Origin: Bdellovibrionales bacterium
Lineage (GTDB): Bacteria > Bdellovibrionota > Bdellovibrionia > Bdellovibrionales > Bdellovibrionaceae
Length of the DNA stretch: 51,029 bases
Assembly (NCBI GenBank): GCA_031370005.1
Contig: JANMPT010000002.1
Location: forward strand, 1 to 51,029
Reading direction: 5' to 3'
Shown piece after piece: positions 46,969 through 51,029 of the stretch. Under the pieces are notes generated by a model that was given only the letters and a program-made list of their open reading frames with translations, had not been told where the DNA came from and did no database searches. Made by a program: the position numbers and the translations under genes. Numbering within the stretch: the first letter of the stretch is position 1; each line of letters starts with the position of its first letter.

Positions 46969-48765
46969 TTAGGGGGCCACAAACCAGCTGACTCTCAACA
47001 TGGGCTTCCCCTCTTTGGAGATCACTCTTAGTGAAAGATTTTGATTCGCCCAACGCTCGATCATAGCTTGCTCTGAAGGGCTCAATTTCGCATTGAGAAA
47101 ACGAAAATCAAACTGGGACAAAGGGAGGTTCAACTTTAGACTGTCTGTCTTTCCCTTTTCGTTTTCAAACTCAACTGCAATACGAATAAATTTATCTTTA
47201 AGCCCCGGCTGATGGATCTTATAGCTGACCTTAACTGCGCCTTTATAGAAAGCCTGATTGCCGTCATCTCCCAATGCCATCTCAAGAGACTGTTCTTTAA
47301 GTTTAAAATTCGGTGAATGCGACAAAAAGTAAGATTGTAAAATCGAACTCACCGCTTTCCAATCATAGGGAATAGGTAAGGTGCAGTGAACTCCTTGCGC
47401 AAAATCCACAACACTGATGTTAGAGCTGTCAATTGTCATAGTTTTGTTTTGTAAGAGTTGGGCATTCAAAGCATAGGGCACCAAAAGATCCGTGTGCGTG
47501 GCAAAAATCAAAACTGGTTGTTTCACATTCTTATAATTTTTCCAAAAATCATTCAGCTGCCAAAACTGAGGGCCATCTTCAACCCCTGGGGGCAATTTCA
47601 CTGAAGAAACGTAAGAAAGTCCCCCATGGTATGTGCGCACCACTTCTGATACCATTTTTTTCAAAAAGCCAAAGCTCTCGTGATCCTCAACTGCAGGAAT
47701 TTTTTCCGCAAGCCCGGCAAGACGCTTTTGACTCCACAAATCCACAAGAAAGGAAAAGGGCTTTCCAGCAGTCGCAGTCTTCATATTTCCTTCAAGATTC
47801 ACAACTGGGCACATCCCCATAAAACTCTGATACAAAGGCTGCCCTTTCGGAGAGTTCAGATCATTCAATAAAGAGGCATAAAGCACTCCATGACCGCCGA
47901 GACTGACTCCGAATAGGTGTAGGCTCTCAATCAGCCTGCTCAGAGGTTCATTTGGGTCTTTTAAAATTTGGGCTATAAGAATATTTTGAATTGCTTCGTC
48001 ATAACCACCAAAGGCAAAGCGGCTATTGTCTGCGACAAAATCTGTTCCGGACATATTCTCAAGCATCAAGACATTGAATGGAGATTGCTCAAAAAGCATC
48101 ATTAGCCACGCGCGTTCTGCCATGAATTCTTCAACATTTGAAAAAATTCCGAGTCGAATAACTATTAGTGGACGTCTCTTGAAATCACCTTTAAGTCCCA
48201 AGAGACCTTTCAACTTCATATTCCCCGGAAGACTAAAAACCACTCGATGAAGAAAAGGATGCTCTTGGGGCTCATACTTTATGGTCATCATCTTGATAAG
48301 ATTTATAAGCACACTATCTCGCCCAGTCCCAATCTCTTTACCACAATCCTTCAAATACTTTTGGACAAGGGCTCCTTGTAGCTGAATGGAGTCCCGTAGT
48401 CGGGCGTCTTGCAGGCGCGCGCTCCACAACTCCGTCGAGCATTGACTAGAAAGTGGACGTCCCTCCCCACTGGGAGACCAAGAGAGAACATCCTGTAGTA
48501 AAAAACGCAAAGGTGCTGAGTACTGACCGGCTGTCTTGACAGCATATGGAGAGTTTTCGTCAGGAAACAAAATTCGTGAGCTCTGAAACTGCCGCATGAA
48601 CGCTTGTTGTTGGTTCACTGTCGCAGAAAAAGCCGTAGGCGAATGCAACGAGATCAGAGCTGAAGTAAATATAAAAAAATGCTCACGCCTTCTTTGGCGT
48701 GAGCTTAGATGTTTTATGAATTTAGCAAAAAATCTAGTGCTTAGATTTTTTGTCAGCTTTTTCAA
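46969..48765 (-). CDS. Probably secreted alpha/beta-hydrolase
   Basis: GVSLGG nucleophile elbow, candidate Asp (TDLLVP) and His (GVHC); signal-like N-terminus; start uncertain. Confidence 0.7.
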   Translation of the reverse strand: MKKLTKNLSTRFFAKFIKHLSSRQRRREHFFIFTSALISLHSPTAFSATVNQQQAFMRQFQSSRILFPDENSPYAVKTAGQYSAPLRFLLQDVLSWSPSGEGRPLSSQCSTELWSARLQDARLRDSIQLQGALVQKYLKDCGKEIGTGRDSVLINLIKMMTIKYEPQEHPFLHRVVFSLPGNMKLKGLLGLKGDFKRRPLIVIRLGIFSNVEEFMAERAWLMMLFEQSPFNVLMLENMSGTDFVADNSRFAFGGYDEAIQNILIAQILKDPNEPLSRLIESLHLFGVSLGGHGVLYASLLNDLNSPKGQPLYQSFMGMCPVVNLEGNMKTATAGKPFSFLVDLWSQKRLAGLAEKIPAVEDHESFGFLKKMVSEVVRTYHGGLSYVSSVKLPPGVEDGPQFWQLNDFWKNYKNVKQPVLIFATHTDLLVPYALNAQLLQNKTMTIDSSNISVVDFAQGVHCTLPIPYDWKAVSSILQSYFLSHSPNFKLKEQSLEMALGDDGNQAFYKGAVKVSYKIHQPGLKDKFIRIAVEFENEKGKTDSLKLNLPLSQFDFRFLNAKLSPSEQAMIERWANQNLSLRVISKEGKPMLRVSWFVAP

Positions 48766-49894
48766 CCCGGTCTACTTTCTTTGCTTTTAATGCTTCATCT
48801 TCCGCCACGACTTCTGCTTCAGATCCCTCAGCTCCAATTTCAGGAGTTGGCATCAAAAGTTTGCCAATGCCATGGGAAGATAAAATTTTATTGCGAAGCT
48901 CTGTCATCATTTCTGGGCGCTCTTTGAGGAATTGTTTTGCTTGATCCCGACCTTGCCCCATGCGCTCGCCATTATAAGAGTACCATGCTCCTGATTTTTC
49001 AATAAAATTAGCTGTCGCAGCTAGATCCAGCAAATCACCTGACTCAGATATACCGTCGCCGTACATCAAATCGAACTCTACCTTTGTGAATGGAGGGGCC
49101 ATTTTATTTTTTACAACTTTCACAGATGTTCGATTGCCAACGACGTCTTCTCCACTTTTGATTGCCCCAACTCTACGAACATCCAAACGAACAGATGCAT
49201 AGAATTTTAATGCATTACCACCAGTTGTTGTCTCAGGATTTCCGAACATCACACCGATTTTCATTCTGATTTGATTGATAAAAATAACAAGGGTGTTTGA
49301 TCTTGCGATGGCACCTGTTAGTTTTCTCAAAGCTTGTGACATCAAACGAGCCTGAAGGCCCATGTGGCTGTCGCCCATTTCACCTTCAATCTCAGCACGA
49401 GGAACCAGAGCCGCTACCGAATCGACAACAAGTACGTCAATTGCTCCTGAGCGAACCAAAGTCTCTGTAATCTCAAGTGCCTGCTCGCCAGTGTCTGGTT
49501 GTGAAATCAAAAGATCTTCCGTGTTTACACCTAATTTACGGGCATAGTTTACATCCAAGGCATGCTCAGCATCGACAAAGGCAACGACGCCACCTTTTTT
49601 CTGAGCTTGAGCGATTGTTGACAATGCAATTGTTGTTTTACCAGAAGACTCCGGGCCGTAAATTTCTACAATACGACCTTTTGGAAGACCACCAATGCCC
49701 AGGGCGATGTCTAGGCTCAAAGCGCCAGTACTGATCGCTTCGATATCTTTAATCAAGCTGTCATTCGCACCGAGGCGCATGATGGAGCCTTTACCGAATT
49801 GCTTCTCAATCGTTGCTACTGCCAACTCAAGGGCCTTTACCTTTTCGCTGTGACCTTTGTCTGAGTTATCTTTTTCTTTTGTAGGAGCTGCCAT
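48734..49894 (-). CDS. recA: Recombinase RecA
   Basis: [43 protein letters not shown]. Confidence 0.99.
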   Translation of the reverse strand: MAAPTKEKDNSDKGHSEKVKALELAVATIEKQFGKGSIMRLGANDSLIKDIEAISTGALSLDIALGIGGLPKGRIVEIYGPESSGKTTIALSTIAQAQKKGGVVAFVDAEHALDVNYARKLGVNTEDLLISQPDTGEQALEITETLVRSGAIDVLVVDSVAALVPRAEIEGEMGDSHMGLQARLMSQALRKLTGAIARSNTLVIFINQIRMKIGVMFGNPETTTGGNALKFYASVRLDVRRVGAIKSGEDVVGNRTSVKVVKNKMAPPFTKVEFDLMYGDGISESGDLLDLAATANFIEKSGAWYSYNGERMGQGRDQAKQFLKERPEMMTELRNKILSSHGIGKLLMPTPEIGAEGSEAEVVAEDEALKAKKVDRVEKADKKSKH

Positions 49895-49939
49895 TTTTTT
49901 TCCTTCTTTCTCGCTCTCATCCCCAAGAGCGAACTGTTG

Positions 49940-50431
49940 TTATTTCTTTAAAGCCAAAATCAAATATTCAAGAGCAAAGTGAACCGAAGCCTCCCGAACC
50001 TCAGCGCGATTGCCAGAGAAATGCTTTCGAATAGCACTCTCAGCAAGACCCGGACCGCTTGTGGCAAAGCACACTGTGCCCACCGGCTTATCCAAGGTAC
50101 CGCCCGTCGGACCAGCAATTCCGGTAATCGCCAATGCAATACCCACCTTCAATTGCTTGCGTGCTCCCTGCGCCATTTGAAGTGCGACTGCTTCGCTCAC
50201 AGCCCCCTCATTCTTAAGCGCGTTGGCTTGTACTCCTAACAAATCCATTTTGGCTTCGTAAGAGTAGCTCACCACTGAGCCCATAAAGACATCTGAAACC
50301 CCTGGCAAGGATGTCAACGTCGCAGAAAGCAGACCGCCAGTACAACTCTCAGCAAAACCAATTGTCAATTCACGGGAGCGTAGGAGAGTTAATAATTCCT
50401 GCAAAAAAAAGTTCGCTTCAAAATCTTTCAT
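49940..50431 (-). CDS. cinA: CinA C-terminal domain / NMN deamidase PncC
   Basis: AESCTGG, GAVSEAVA..MA.G, ITGIAGPTGG..KPVGTV. Confidence 0.92.
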   Translation of the reverse strand: MKDFEANFFLQELLTLLRSRELTIGFAESCTGGLLSATLTSLPGVSDVFMGSVVSYSYEAKMDLLGVQANALKNEGAVSEAVALQMAQGARKQLKVGIALAITGIAGPTGGTLDKPVGTVCFATSGPGLAESAIRKHFSGNRAEVREASVHFALEYLILALKK

Positions 50432-50934
50432 GAAGAGAACACCATTACCTGCGCGCCCAACCATGAGGTATGTTGATAAATATATTGCAAAACAATACTA
50501 GCAATAACTCCGGCCGCCACATCATCAATCACAACTCCAAATCCTCCCCTAATCTCTTTATCCAGATATCCTATGGGGAATGGCTTGAAAATGTCTAGCA
50601 CTCGAAATAGTAGGAAGCCCACCAGCATTGATTTCCATGTCATGGGAAGCCATGTCATAGTAATTAAAAAGCCTAAAACTTCATCAATCACAATCTCTTT
50701 GTGATCGTGACCGCCCTCATCGTCTTCATAGATTTGTGCGGCCAAAACTGCCAGCGGCAATAAAATAATTTCGGCGGCCATATATATAAGTGGCCCTGCC
50801 CAAGAAAGCAGCAAAACGAAAGGGATTGCCGCCAAAGTACCTGCTGTGCCGGGCCCTTTTGGAAAAAAACCCACTCCAAAAAAAGTTGCCATTTTTTTAA
50901 GAAAATTTCGAATCCAAGGAGTCTTTTCAAGCAT
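50428..50934 (-). CDS. pgpA: Phosphatidylglycerophosphatase A
   Basis: PGTAGTL, IVIDEVLG, FRVLDIFKPFPI, GVVIDDVAAG; start uncertain. Confidence 0.93.
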   Translation of the reverse strand: MLEKTPWIRNFLKKMATFFGVGFFPKGPGTAGTLAAIPFVLLLSWAGPLIYMAAEIILLPLAVLAAQIYEDDEGGHDHKEIVIDEVLGFLITMTWLPMTWKSMLVGFLLFRVLDIFKPFPIGYLDKEIRGGFGVVIDDVAAGVIASIVLQYIYQHTSWLGAQVMVFSS

Positions 50935-51029
50935 GATTATATATTTCTCGCATATCTCAAGCAACAAAAATGGCCGGAGAATGTTGATCTTGAGAATTTA
51001 AGCTTTGGGGCGATCGCGGTTTTGCAGTG

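Noticed and set aside
49911..49932. Hairpin tcgctct-N8-agagcga between cinA and recA
   Set aside because: No U-tract on the transcribed strand; cannot be called a terminator or LexA box from sequence alone.

Overview
Bacterial chromosomal segment, most likely from a Bdellovibrio-like predator (Bdellovibrionota). This is inferred from gene content and order, not from a database search. Layout: (1) 1-7.1 kb, accessory polymorphic-toxin locus. A 5'-truncated teneurin-like NHL + YD/RHS protein with a glycine-zipper tip is followed by a lipoprotein, an orphan RHS fragment with a different HExxH tip and its own lipoprotein, and a second orphan fragment; both orphans carry microhomology-bounded deletions. 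(2) XRE gene, collagen-like lipoprotein, small Cys4 protein and an atypical ALDH. (3) sigma28-type cheA-cheW-cheD/cheB cluster whose CheB domain lacks two catalytic residues. (4) HIT, citrate synthase, degenerate PP2C, rsmJ, and menaquinone/isoprenoid genes including two MenA paralogs. (5) rmuC and tetR. (6) sigma54-type flgFGAHIJMNKL run followed by csrA-fliW, with a 302-bp hairpin-rich insertion between flgI and flgJ. (7) Lytic transglycosylase, lysC, a Cys/Gly-rich secreted protein, vapBC, a stand-alone nitroreductase-ThiF fusion resembling oxazolone synthetases, glutathione peroxidase, a hydrolase, and pgpA-cinA-recA. No rRNA, tRNA, CRISPR array or transposase was recognised. All calls come from reading motifs by eye.
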